From the NCBI GenBank assembly GCA_045546075.1, contig JAZQCF010000004.1, positions 104,661 to 168,660 of the forward strand: DNA of 64,000 bases, given 5' to 3'. Shown here one piece after another: positions 1 to 9,711 of the stretch (within the stretch, counting starts at the first letter, position 1; every line of letters begins with the position of its first letter). A program made the position numbers and the translations under genes. This stretch comes from Candidatus Enterousia sp. Its GTDB lineage: Bacteria; Pseudomonadota; Alphaproteobacteria; Rs-D84. The notes below the pieces were generated by a model. The model did no database searches. It was given only the letters and a program-made list of their open reading frames with translations, and was not told the origin of the DNA.

Positions 1-397
1 GTTCGAAGCGCGTGCCGATGTTATGCGCAAATTCTTTGACAATATTTTGGTTGCACCGAACACGAATGCGAACGGAACATTTACGTTGGGCGAAAACCTG
101 GCCGATTATGGTGGCGTAACGATTGCATATACCGCATATAAAACATTTGGCCAAAAATCTGAGACCGTTCAAAACTTTACACCCGATATGCGGTTCTTTA
201 TCGCATACGCCGGCGCGTGGGCGGGCCATATTCGTCCCGAACAGGTTATTGTTCAAACGAAAACAAACGAACATTCATTAAATCGGTGGCGCGTGAACGG
301 CATTTTGCCACACATAGACGCATGGTATGATGCATTTAATGTTGGTCCACAAAATAAACTGTATGTTGCGCCGGAAAACCGTGTCCGGCTGTGGTAA
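1..397 (+). CDS. M13 family (neprilysin/PepO) metallopeptidase, C-terminal fragment (truncated by window)
   Basis: NGTFTLGENLADYGG, HS..RWRVNG and C-terminal RVRLW motifs typical of peptidase M13. Confidence 0.9.
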   Translation, partial: FEARADVMRKFFDNILVAPNTNANGTFTLGENLADYGGVTIAYTAYKTFGQKSETVQNFTPDMRFFIAYAGAWAGHIRPEQVIVQTKTNEHSLNRWRVNGILPHIDAWYDAFNVGPQNKLYVAPENRVRLW

Positions 398-512
398 GTT
401 AGTGGTTAGTGTTAGTGGATAGTGTAAGTGGTTAGTAGAATCTGGAATCATTTCATAATTGTGAACCGATTCCAAAAATTACTAACCACTAATCACTAAC
501 ACTAACCACTAT
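395..512. repeat. Inverted array of TTAGTGG-like heptamers forming a long hairpin between convergent genes
   Basis: TAAGTTAGTGGTTAGTGTTAGTGGATAGTG... on the left arm, ...ACTAACCACTAATCACTAACACTAACCACTA on the right, nested GGAATC/GATTCC stem. Confidence 0.85.
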
Positions 513-796
513 TTCTTTGATACACGGTCGCGGAATTCTGCGCATGGGCGGAACGTTGCAACGCGACGTGCGGAAACGATTGCGGCTTCGCCCGTGCGGG
601 GGTTACGGGCAACACGTGCCGATTTATCCAGAATCTTGAACGTGCCGAAACCGGCAAATTTAACCTCTTCCCCATTAATAAGAGATTCACAAATCTCTTC
701 AAAAATTACATCAACCAACTTTCCTGCCTGGGCCGCAGTAAAACCAAATTCGTCGCGTAATTTTAATGTTAAATCACTTCTTGTTATTGTTGCCAT
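509..796 (-). CDS. ihfA: Integration host factor alpha / HU-family DNA-binding protein
   Basis: TRSDL, VKFAGFGTF, RVARNPRTGE, RRVATFRP motifs; follows fabH as in the alphaproteobacterial fabH-ihfA arrangement. Confidence 0.85.
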   Translation of the reverse strand: MATITRSDLTLKLRDEFGFTAAQAGKLVDVIFEEICESLINGEEVKFAGFGTFKILDKSARVARNPRTGEAAIVSARRVATFRPCAEFRDRVSKK

Positions 797-815
797 TATT
801 TTCCCCTTTTTGTTT

Positions 816-1754
816 TTATACCCTTATCAGTGTTGCACCCCAGGTCAGGCCACTGCCAAATGCGGGATACAAAACCAACTGACCATGTTTTATTATTTTG
901 TTATCAAATGCGTATGCCAACGCCAATGCGCCGGACGCACCCGAAGTATTTGCGTGTCCGTCCACCGTTACCAATATTTTCTCCATCGGGAACCCAAGGC
1001 GCGCCGCGCACGATTGAATAATCCTGATGTTTGCCTGGTGCGGCACAATCCAGTCTATATCATCCTGGGTAATGCCGGCGTGGTCCATAATATAACGCGC
1101 CGCATCGGGCATCAATGACACCGCCATTTTATATGTTTCCGGCCCATTCATAATAATCTTGTGGTCTGGGGACCCGTGCAACATATTGAACATTTTCCCG
1201 TCCGCCATAACAACCGTATCAATTATGCCAGAATAACTGGACGTGGACCGCTCAAAAATCAGTGCGCCCGCGCCGTCCCCAAACAGAACCGCCGTTGACC
1301 GGTCGGTCATATCGATAAAGCGCGACATTTTCTCCGCCCCAATAATCATAATGCGTTCGTGCATACCGGCGGTAAAGAACCCACGCGCGCAATGCGCGGC
1401 ATAGATAAACCCGGTGCACGCGCCCCGCACATCAAATGCCGGAATATTTTTTGTTGCGCCCAATGCGCCCGAAACCTGGACCGCGACAGATGGAAAATCC
1501 AATTCGGGTGTGGTTGTTGCAACAATAATCATATCAATATCATCAATCGTCAAATTCGCATTTGCCAACGCCGCACGTGCCGCATTTGTTGCCATATCGG
1601 CCACGGTTTCATTTTCCGCGGCAAAGTGGCGCGCGCGAATACCGGTGCGTTCGACAATCCATTCATCGGTCGTGTCCATCACGCGTTCAAAGTCTGCATT
1701 TGTCATAACACGTTCCGGCAAATAGGAACCATATCCAACAAGTTTATTTCCCAT
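816..1754 (-). CDS. fabH: 3-oxoacyl-ACP synthase III
   Basis: GSYLP, WIVERTGI, catalytic GAC, PHQAN, HANTS, GSGLTWG motifs. Confidence 0.97.
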   Translation of the reverse strand: MGNKLVGYGSYLPERVMTNADFERVMDTTDEWIVERTGIRARHFAAENETVADMATNAARAALANANLTIDDIDMIIVATTTPELDFPSVAVQVSGALGATKNIPAFDVRGACTGFIYAAHCARGFFTAGMHERIMIIGAEKMSRFIDMTDRSTAVLFGDGAGALIFERSTSSYSGIIDTVVMADGKMFNMLHGSPDHKIIMNGPETYKMAVSLMPDAARYIMDHAGITQDDIDWIVPHQANIRIIQSCAARLGFPMEKILVTVDGHANTSGASGALALAYAFDNKIIKHGQLVLYPAFGSGLTWGATLIRV

Positions 1755-1845
1755 ACCCTAAAACCCTATATTTTTGTGTCCAATCATTATACAGATTTTA
1801 ATATAACTTGCAATATCAAAATCTGGGATTAAAATAAAAACGCGT

Positions 1846-1921
1846 GTCCCCATAGTTCAATTGGATAGAACAAGTTCCTCCTAAGAATTAGATGCTGGTT
1901 CGATTCCGGCTGGGGATACCA
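1846..1921 (+). tRNA. tRNA-Arg(CCT)
   Basis: GTCCCCA/TGGGGAT acceptor, anticodon arm AGTTC-CT CCT AA-GAATT, GGTTCGATTCC T-arm, encoded CCA. Confidence 0.95.
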
Positions 1922-1937
1922 AGAAATGGAAATAAAT

Positions 1938-2273
1938 ATGAAGAATAAAAATCGTGCGATTGGTTTGGGAATTGTGGCGGGATTGTTACCGCACCTGTTT
2001 TGCTGTGTGTTGCCGGTGGTACTTGGGGTTGTTGGTATGATTGCACCCGATTTTGCAGACCATAAAATCATTCCTGAATGGGCGGAGGGTTGGTTATTTG
2101 GGTTTTCTATTTTAATGCTGATACTGTCGTGGATTCTGTATTTTCATAATCACGATTGCGGGTGCGAACATTGTGATGCAACACATCATCACCGCACCCA
2201 GATGATAATTTTAATTATTATCACAATTTTAACCATCGCAGGCATCGCCGCACATTTGGCATTGGAACATTAA
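1938..2273 (+). CDS. Small 3-TM membrane protein, MerC/MerT-like putative metal transporter
   Basis: HLFCCVLP in first TM helix, His/Cys-rich loop HNHDCGCEHCDATHHH; alternative start at 1926. Confidence 0.55.
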   Translation: MKNKNRAIGLGIVAGLLPHLFCCVLPVVLGVVGMIAPDFADHKIIPEWAEGWLFGFSILMLILSWILYFHNHDCGCEHCDATHHHRTQMIILIIITILTIAGIAAHLALEH

Positions 2274-2285
2274 CAGAAATAATTA

Positions 2286-2314
2286 AACAAGGTGCGATTT
2301 CATCGCACCTTGTT
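2286..2314. terminator. Bidirectional intrinsic terminator
   Basis: AACAAGGTGCGAT-ttc-ATCGCACCTTGTT perfect stem between convergent genes. Confidence 0.8.
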
Positions 2315-2325
2315 GTATTCAAACA

Positions 2326-4392
2326 CTATTTACACTCCCACTCGCTGAACTTTTCCTGCATATTGGTATATGTGGGTCCTTGCATAATCACACCATAGCA
2401 ATCATCATAACTGTTACATGTAACCTGGCAATTACTGGTACACGCGGTGTCGTTATGATACAAAGTTTTAGATGAATCTTTACAAGATACATTATATCTG
2501 CACATTCCATTATCATACGTTGGCATACCATATGTTATTGTGCTCAGGGTTGCTTCGCCTTCATTACCGGAACCGACATTACCCATTGTCCACCCAGACC
2601 CAGGACAATGTAATTGGCAAGAATATGCGTTAACCAAGTTTTGCAAATTATCACACGCCGTACCAATACATGTAATTGTACCGGTCCCACCGATTAAATC
2701 CAGGTAATCCGCATTGCATCCAACGGTATATGTACACGTGGTACCATTTGACAGTGTTGGATTGCCCAACGTTACATTTGACGGCCGGCTAATCCCAGAT
2801 ACGCTTGGACATTGGAAATCTGTACCGGCCGGCTTCTCAATACATCTTGGGCCGTTTGAATCAATCACCAAACCATAACCATCATCGCAACTTAATGTTG
2901 GGCAACCATCCCACAGATTTTCAACGTTATATGTATCAATAACGTAATATCCGCCATTTGTCATATATGTTGGTGTCGGCAAATTTCCCAGGGACGGTCC
3001 ATTAACCATCTGGACACAGGTTGCGTGCAAATTATCATAATGTTGCCCAATGGTGCAGACATTTTTACAAACCGTTCCAACAACGGATGCCGGACGGTTG
3101 GTGCCAAATTCATTGGTGCCACACGATACATTTTTACCCGGTCTGTGCCAACCACCGTTTACGCCACCGGTAACCAGATATTTCAACGTGTAATCATTAC
3201 CGCATGCCGTTTGAACCGCGGTCGAACCAATCAGGTTATATGTGTCCGCCAAAGTGCATACACCGGTTGGCCCATTACACGTGGCCGGGTTACCAAATTG
3301 GTCGCGGAAAGTATAATTAATTGTTAAATCTTCGCCTTTTTCGGTTTCACAAATCGGTTTATATGTTCCGGCACCACCGCTTATTACATATCCATCGGCG
3401 CATCCGGTATCATAGCGCACGTCGCCCTTGCCCAGGTTATCCGTAACATTCCACGACATACCCGTTTTCAATGTGCAAACCGCATTTGCATCGGCATCAC
3501 AATCGCGTGCCCACCCACCATACAGGTCAACATTGATGCTGGCATCGGGCTTGACCGGGGTATCACTCATAACGACAATTGTATGCTCTGTGATACTTAT
3601 ATCATTTGCGGCAGTATTTTTTGGATAAAACACACTGAACGCGCCGCCATTGGTTGTACTGTGGTCGGTTATAACATCATTCGGCAACGCGACAGTTTGG
3701 TTTCCAACCTTGCCCAGGTAATATCCACGAAACTGGTAATTTGGTGATGTCGGCATATGTATACGTGAACAATATTTGTTATCACCGGTTCCGGAATACT
3801 CGTAACACCAATCATCATTTTTGGGTGTCTTAAGTTTTGAAGTTAAAGACTTACCATCATTTGGGTCATTGATACCGGTCACGGTTGTATTGTTTGCTGG
3901 TTTGCTGTGGAAAGTGATATTTACATTCCAATAGCAATAATTAGTATCATGTATACCATCCCCGTTTTCATCACGCCAACATGTAAGGTTGGATGGTGTA
4001 ACCGTTTCGCCATTGGTATTAACATAATCACCATCTTCTTCGACACATGTTCCACTGGCGTTTTTGTTGGTGCCGGAAAGGCATTCATAATCACTGGTAA
4101 CCTTGGCGGATGGGTTGGTGGTGGTGGCGGTGGCAAGTGTTTCGGCCGCATTTGATTTAACGGCACCGGTGGAATCAACAATTTCAACACCATTGACACG
4201 GAACCCGGCAAAGTTCGCATCGGCACGTTTTGTGACGTGCAATTTAACAACACGTTGGGAATCATCCGGGCACCCCGTCGCAGACGAATTAAGATACAGC
4301 CCGTCACATTCACCACCCGGGGTGTAATACAGTGTTATCGCACCCGCCAAGGTAGGCAAAAAACACAACGCACATGTTAAAAATTTTTGCAT
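2326..4392 (-). CDS. Secreted Cys/Thr/Asn-rich protein of unknown function (688 aa)
   Basis: N-terminal signal peptide, many paired Cys, InlB-B-repeat-like FRGYY...DLYGGW segment. Confidence 0.75.
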   Translation of the reverse strand: MQKFLTCALCFLPTLAGAITLYYTPGGECDGLYLNSSATGCPDDSQRVVKLHVTKRADANFAGFRVNGVEIVDSTGAVKSNAAETLATATTTNPSAKVTSDYECLSGTNKNASGTCVEEDGDYVNTNGETVTPSNLTCWRDENGDGIHDTNYCYWNVNITFHSKPANNTTVTGINDPNDGKSLTSKLKTPKNDDWCYEYSGTGDNKYCSRIHMPTSPNYQFRGYYLGKVGNQTVALPNDVITDHSTTNGGAFSVFYPKNTAANDISITEHTIVVMSDTPVKPDASINVDLYGGWARDCDADANAVCTLKTGMSWNVTDNLGKGDVRYDTGCADGYVISGGAGTYKPICETEKGEDLTINYTFRDQFGNPATCNGPTGVCTLADTYNLIGSTAVQTACGNDYTLKYLVTGGVNGGWHRPGKNVSCGTNEFGTNRPASVVGTVCKNVCTIGQHYDNLHATCVQMVNGPSLGNLPTPTYMTNGGYYVIDTYNVENLWDGCPTLSCDDGYGLVIDSNGPRCIEKPAGTDFQCPSVSGISRPSNVTLGNPTLSNGTTCTYTVGCNADYLDLIGGTGTITCIGTACDNLQNLVNAYSCQLHCPGSGWTMGNVGSGNEGEATLSTITYGMPTYDNGMCRYNVSCKDSSKTLYHNDTACTSNCQVTCNSYDDCYGVIMQGPTYTNMQEKFSEWECK

Positions 4393-4413
4393 ATCAAATT
4401 CCCCCGTTATTAA

Positions 4414-7400
4414 TTATGGCACAGTTATTGTATTTCCGTCACCAGTGGTCACCGCCGTAACACTTTCGAATGTTTGATTACCGAATGAATGTTGCCCGTC
4501 GTTGGAACCAGATGTACAACTTGACCCGTTCCAGGTTCCACCAACCGTTGTACAATCTGATTGGGTTTGGCAACCGGCAACAGAACCAACACAACATTCT
4601 CGCTGTTGGGACGTAAGGGTACATCTCGGGTCGTCACCAGATCTTTGAACACACCATTTTTTGTTAAGTGCGGTGCATTGATCACGTGTACAAATGTCAA
4701 CATTCGACAGACAACAACCAGTTGCGGTTGAACCACAAGTGAAATTCGTTGTCGTTCCAGTCGCACACCATTCACCACCGTAAAGTCCGCAATCCCCACT
4801 TGTGCACGCCGATAAATTTGTGTAGCTGCACGTGCTTGGACAATTTGTCCGCAACATACACGAAGGACGCGAAACACCTGTTGTACACCACACATAATCG
4901 CCCCCAAGTCCGCCACACGTTGTTTCAGTGCAATATTGCGGGCTTGTTGTTGTGCAGTTGCTACTTGGAATATCCGCCCACCGTGCATAAAGTGTAACAT
5001 TATACTGGTACGGATACGTGATAGACTGATTTGCCAACCAAACCGTTGATGTTGATGTACTGTTTACCAACCAACCATTAAATTGTTTGCCGGTTGGCGC
5101 GGTACATGTATTAGCTCTTACCGTGAACCCTGCATTATATGCGATGCTCTGCGATATTGGTGCCGTTCCACTTCCACCATTACAGTTATATGTTACAGTG
5201 TATGTTGTCGGGGTTACTGGGGTTTCGCCGCCACTGCCGCTGTTGCCGCTGCAATCGGTGGTGCCGGTTGTGATACCGCAAATCCACGGGAACAAATCAC
5301 TTGGGGTCGGGTCATCAACCGAATATCCGTTAACCGACATACAGGTTACAATCGTCGAACGGCACGCGTTGATTGCGATATTTGCCTGGACCCGATTGTT
5401 GTTCACATCATCAAACGGATAATTGTTCTGGGACAGACAGGTTGTAACGTCTGTGATACAACTTTCCGCGTGTTCCGCCAAGATTTCGTCCTGTTTCGCC
5501 TTAATCTGGACCAAGACACGCGCAAGGTATTGTTTTACAACCTCGTTATCTGCGTTATATTTGCGCGTTGAACCGTTGCCGGTGTATGTGTAATCTTGAC
5601 ACTTGTTCAAAACCGACATACACATACCATAGTTGCGGTCTTTTTCGTTATATCCAATCTTGTTCTGCATAAATTGCGACATACCCAAACCGCCCGCCTT
5701 GGCATTTGCCAATGATACGGTTTCGTTGATATATGCCGCCAAATCGCCGTTGCCACTGTTCAGGCTGTAACTGTTCCAGGCGTTTGTGCAACTGGACTGA
5801 CTGGTCGTTTGGCCCGGCGTGGACGAACCATAATTCCAAACGTTATACAGGTTCATCGAACATATATTACCGTCCAACACGCCCGTGTCATTTACGCCAT
5901 TAACCGCGCGGCCCGGGTCGGTGCCAATTACGATTTCACCGTTCACAATGTAACGGCCGGACGGATCAAGGCATTTTTCATAATCAGACCCACAGACGTA
6001 TTCATCCTGCATACAGGAATCCAATGCGTTTATACATCCGCGCATATCGTATTCATTTTTCGATTGTTCCACAAGAAGTCGCGCCTTTTGCAGAACACTT
6101 TTCGCGTTGCGCACCGTCGCAACCATTTGGTCGTTGGAATCATTCAGGCTGCGTTCATATGCGATACATTCTTTATCAATTTCCAAATCATACGCGTTTG
6201 TAACCAAAGACGCATCAACACCCGCCGCCGTGCACGCACGCAAAACATTTGTTTTACACCGGTTGGTCGCGGTTTGGAATAACTGGGCCCCGCGCTGATT
6301 GTTTATGCCGCCCGAATTCGTACCAAACCCACCCAGGAACGAAGACAAATCAAACCCGGTACTGTCAATCGTAAAATCCAACAATCCTGATAAATCAAAC
6401 GACAAAAACGACGAAGACGATGTTGTTGTGGCATTGCCCGATTGAACATCGATAATCATATCGCGAATCTTGTCCAGGCTTGCCTTTAATTGGGTTGTAT
6501 CGGTCGTTTTTTGCATTTCCAATTCGGCCTCGGTCGCGGTGAACAGGGTTTGAACCTCACGCGCACTTAAACCAATGTATTGAATCTTTTGTGCAACCTC
6601 TTGTAATTCTTCGGTGGCCTGTTTCAATGCGGCCTCGGCCTTGGCATAATTGTTGATATTGGCACTGCAACTGCAACGGCCCTGGTTATCATCCAAGACG
6701 TTACAATAATTATCCATACACGCCGCATATTGCGCCTTGCAATAATCGGTCATTTCCGCCAATTCATCCATCGCCGATAAATCCGCCGCCGTAACCGACA
6801 CAGACGATGTGTCCGTTGAAAGCCCACTGATTGACGACATACGAATTGTTGGAACACGGTTCGCAACACTAACACGGGACGATGCGCCCGCACCAGACAT
6901 AGAGGTTGGAATATATAATGTTCCATCCGTCCCCAGGGTCGTATTGCCCGTAATGGTGGTTGTACCACTTACCCGTATAGGTGCCGCAGGACCCACAAAT
7001 TGGCTATTCGCCGCGACCGCCGCATTGGTTGATGCGCGGTTCACGCGCGCGCCCGCCGTTGCGGTGCGTGACGATGTTGCACGCGATGTCGTTGCCGTAC
7101 GTGCCACCGTTCCGGCCCCCGATGCCGTGCGGGTTGATGTCGCACGCCCCGCCCCGCCCGTTGCACGGGCCGCGGCCGCATTTGTTGCCGCCGCATTTGT
7201 TGCCGTGCGCGTTGCCGCGGTTGACGTTGTGCGCGATGTTGTTGAACGTGAAGAAACAGAACGAGAATTTGCCGCCGTGCGCGGGGAAGAATTTGACGTT
7301 GCGCGTGCCGCAACCGCACGCGAAGAATTTGCCGCAGATGCCCGGGTCGATGCCGCACCCGATGATGCGGTTGGAATTGTACGCCCAATCGTTGTGCGAT

Positions 7401-7629
7401 TTGTATTTGCACGCGTTGCGGTGCCGCCACGCGTTGACGGAACAGAAGGCATTATGACATTTTCGTCCACATCCGCGTCCGCATCGGTATATTCTGTCAG
7501 CAAAATTGGATTTCCATCCGCATCATATACAACATCCGCGTATTCAAAATCTTCGAAGACGACGGGTGCAACCTCAGCAAATGCGGGCAGTACCAATAGG
7601 CTACCAATAAATACAGCAAGTCTTTTCAT
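4414..7629 (-). CDS. Large secreted Cys-rich protein (1071 aa): low-complexity Arg/Ala/Thr N-terminus, Cys-helical core, InlB B-repeat-like domain, Cys-rich tail repeats
   Basis: Signal peptide; RAATS-rich stretch; CMDNYC/CMQDEYVC motifs; TYTVTYNCNGGSG...FNGW...VTLYARW; ~4 C-terminal C..C..C..GG.WC repeats. Confidence 0.8.
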   Translation of the reverse strand: MKRLAVFIGSLLVLPAFAEVAPVVFEDFEYADVVYDADGNPILLTEYTDADADVDENVIMPSVPSTRGGTATRANTNRTTIGRTIPTASSGAASTRASAANSSRAVAARATSNSSPRTAANSRSVSSRSTTSRTTSTAATRTATNAAATNAAAARATGGAGRATSTRTASGAGTVARTATTSRATSSRTATAGARVNRASTNAAVAANSQFVGPAAPIRVSGTTTITGNTTLGTDGTLYIPTSMSGAGASSRVSVANRVPTIRMSSISGLSTDTSSVSVTAADLSAMDELAEMTDYCKAQYAACMDNYCNVLDDNQGRCSCSANINNYAKAEAALKQATEELQEVAQKIQYIGLSAREVQTLFTATEAELEMQKTTDTTQLKASLDKIRDMIIDVQSGNATTTSSSSFLSFDLSGLLDFTIDSTGFDLSSFLGGFGTNSGGINNQRGAQLFQTATNRCKTNVLRACTAAGVDASLVTNAYDLEIDKECIAYERSLNDSNDQMVATVRNAKSVLQKARLLVEQSKNEYDMRGCINALDSCMQDEYVCGSDYEKCLDPSGRYIVNGEIVIGTDPGRAVNGVNDTGVLDGNICSMNLYNVWNYGSSTPGQTTSQSSCTNAWNSYSLNSGNGDLAAYINETVSLANAKAGGLGMSQFMQNKIGYNEKDRNYGMCMSVLNKCQDYTYTGNGSTRKYNADNEVVKQYLARVLVQIKAKQDEILAEHAESCITDVTTCLSQNNYPFDDVNNNRVQANIAINACRSTIVTCMSVNGYSVDDPTPSDLFPWICGITTGTTDCSGNSGSGGETPVTPTTYTVTYNCNGGSGTAPISQSIAYNAGFTVRANTCTAPTGKQFNGWLVNSTSTSTVWLANQSITYPYQYNVTLYARWADIPSSNCTTTSPQYCTETTCGGLGGDYVWCTTGVSRPSCMLRTNCPSTCSYTNLSACTSGDCGLYGGEWCATGTTTNFTCGSTATGCCLSNVDICTRDQCTALNKKWCVQRSGDDPRCTLTSQQRECCVGSVAGCQTQSDCTTVGGTWNGSSCTSGSNDGQHSFGNQTFESVTAVTTGDGNTITVP

Positions 7630-7702
7630 TGTAAAATCTTCCTTCCGTTCCGTCTTATTTTATCATTATACCGAATATTAACGCAAGCGAAAAAATATCA
7701 TT

Positions 7703-7801
7703 TTAGTGGTTAGTTCCGTCCCGGCAGCGTTGGTGCCGCGGCCGCGACGAGTGTTAGTTCCCACTTCGCACGTTGTGCTTCGTGGGACAGGGATTAGTGA
7801 G
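7703..7801. repeat. Heptamer-bounded dispersed hairpin element (related to 55055-55107 and 37127-37181)
   Basis: TTAGTGGTTAG + CCGTCCCGGCAGCGTTGGTGCCGCGGCCGCGACGAGTGTTAGT (38/43 identical to reverse complement of 55055-55097) + second hairpin + ATTAGTG. Confidence 0.8.
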
Positions 7802-7867
7802 GTGTGCGGAAAAAAATCCGGTATAAATTCGGCTTGCGAAACGCGCCCGGTTCGATATAATGCAAAT

Positions 7868-9451
7868 ATGGCGTTAAGTAATTTTTCTTGGTTACTGTTG
7901 GCATTACCGTTCGTTGGTTGCACAACCATCCCAACCAGTCTGCGCGACAGACGACTGGCGAACTATAACCCAAAGATTGTCGCGGCGGATGCAGATTACG
8001 ACCCAATGCAAACACCAATCGCAAAACAATACGCAGATGAATTATCCAGACCCGACCGGGTCAGTGGCGCAACACTTATCGAAGATGGATTGTCCGCGTT
8101 CGTTATTCGCGCCGCGTTTGCACGGATGGCAACAAAAACCATTGATATTCAAACATATATTTATGGTAATGATTTGTCTTCGCGGATACTGATTGGTGAA
8201 TTGAAAAACGCCGCCGATCGTGGGGTGCGGGTACGTGTACTGATTGACGATTACGGAACAAATTCTAATATTGCCGATGTAATACTGTTGAACCAACACC
8301 CGAATATAGAAGTGAAAATCTTTAACGCGGTAAAAAATCGGTCGCGCATTTTGTATTATCCGCAAATTTTGATGGACTTTAACCGATTGAATTCGCGTAT
8401 GCATAATAAACTTTTTATCGTAGATAATATCGCACTGATTACCGGTGGTCGCAACGTGGCCAGTAATTATTTTATGCCGGAAACATCTGCGAATTTTTCC
8501 GACACAGACGTATTATTCTTGGGCGATATAACGCGCGGTGCGGCGGACAGTTTTAATCAATACTGGACACATCATTTGGCGGTGCCGGCATACGTCATCC
8601 CAAAGGCCAAATCACGCCACGCAATGCAGAAATTGGAACGCAGGATGGCCGAACTGGAACGAACCAGTGCCGAAAGCATTCGCAGATATAACAAAATCAT
8701 ATCTTTGGCGATATACGAATTCAAAAATAAACTGTTCGATTTTCACTGGGGACGCGGCCGATTTATTGCCGACCCACCGGGCAAGGTTGAAATGCCTATG
8801 GCACGCAAAGAAAAATATATTGGCGAAATTATTGTGGCACTAAACAGACTTTGGCGCGAAACAAAAAACAGCGTATATGTGTCGGCGGCGTATTTTGTTC
8901 CCGGGCGTGGCGGTATGGAAATGATGCTGGACGATGCAAAATCTGGCGTAAAAATCACCGTGGTTACGAATTCATTGTCTTCGACCAATGCACCAACCGC
9001 GTTTGGAAAATGGGAAAATTATCGCGATGAATTGGTTGATGCCGGCGCAGATGTTTACGAATTTATGGCATCGGCGGAAAACCTGCGCGGGCGGCGGCAC
9101 GAACGCGGATATAAAAAACCACACTTTTCGGTAATGCACAGCAAAACCATAGTATTCGATGACAAAATTTCCTGGATAGGCAGTTTTAACCTGGACCCGC
9201 GCAGCGCGTATTACAACACTGAAAACGTTGCGATTTTTGAAAGTCCCGATTTCGCGGCGCGTGTGCGCGATATGATTATGCGCGACACACAAACATCTTG
9301 GCGCGTAACGCGTAATGGCGGCAAAACCACCTGGTACGGCCAAAGGGGTGGCGACAAAAACCCACGCACATATACTCACGACCCCGACACAACAATTTTT
9401 AGACGTATTTTCAAAAAAATTACAAAAATTATTCCAGAAAAATTCGTCTAA
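7868..9451 (+). CDS. Phospholipase D family lipoprotein (cardiolipin synthase C/YmdC-like)
   Basis: Two HKD motifs (MHNKLFIVD, MHSKTIVFD), GGRN and GSFNLDPRS; lipobox FVGC after ATG 7868. Confidence 0.9.
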   Translation: MALSNFSWLLLALPFVGCTTIPTSLRDRRLANYNPKIVAADADYDPMQTPIAKQYADELSRPDRVSGATLIEDGLSAFVIRAAFARMATKTIDIQTYIYGNDLSSRILIGELKNAADRGVRVRVLIDDYGTNSNIADVILLNQHPNIEVKIFNAVKNRSRILYYPQILMDFNRLNSRMHNKLFIVDNIALITGGRNVASNYFMPETSANFSDTDVLFLGDITRGAADSFNQYWTHHLAVPAYVIPKAKSRHAMQKLERRMAELERTSAESIRRYNKIISLAIYEFKNKLFDFHWGRGRFIADPPGKVEMPMARKEKYIGEIIVALNRLWRETKNSVYVSAAYFVPGRGGMEMMLDDAKSGVKITVVTNSLSSTNAPTAFGKWENYRDELVDAGADVYEFMASAENLRGRRHERGYKKPHFSVMHSKTIVFDDKISWIGSFNLDPRSAYYNTENVAIFESPDFAARVRDMIMRDTQTSWRVTRNGGKTTWYGQRGGDKNPRTYTHDPDTTIFRRIFKKITKIIPEKFV

Positions 9452-9711
9452 TTTTAATAAATTAGGCGCGACCTAAAAATTTTTTTCATTTTTTTGCATT
9501 TTTTCTCTTGACCCACGATTCGTTTTTATTCTATTATCCGTGTATAGACAAAGGGGATAAAAATAAAACGCCCAGGAAACCAAGGAAAACGCGGATTTTT
9601 GGGAAAAACAAGTAACAAAGTAAAAATTTAATTCGGTAATTTGTAAATACATAATGTAAATACAAAATCGCTTTGAATTTTTGCCAACCAACGCCCGACA
9701 AGGAGGGACAC

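Noticed and set aside
395-512. Possible CRISPR array (also 15717-15803)
   Set aside because: 7-bp units without unique spacers, inverted arrangement, no cas genes
6809-7681. 290-aa plus-strand ORF
   Set aside because: Antisense shadow of the low-complexity Ala/Arg/Thr region of the 1071-aa gene
7706-7867. N-terminal extension of the PLD ORF from GTG 7706
   Set aside because: Reads through a repeat element; a lipoprotein signal begins at ATG 7868
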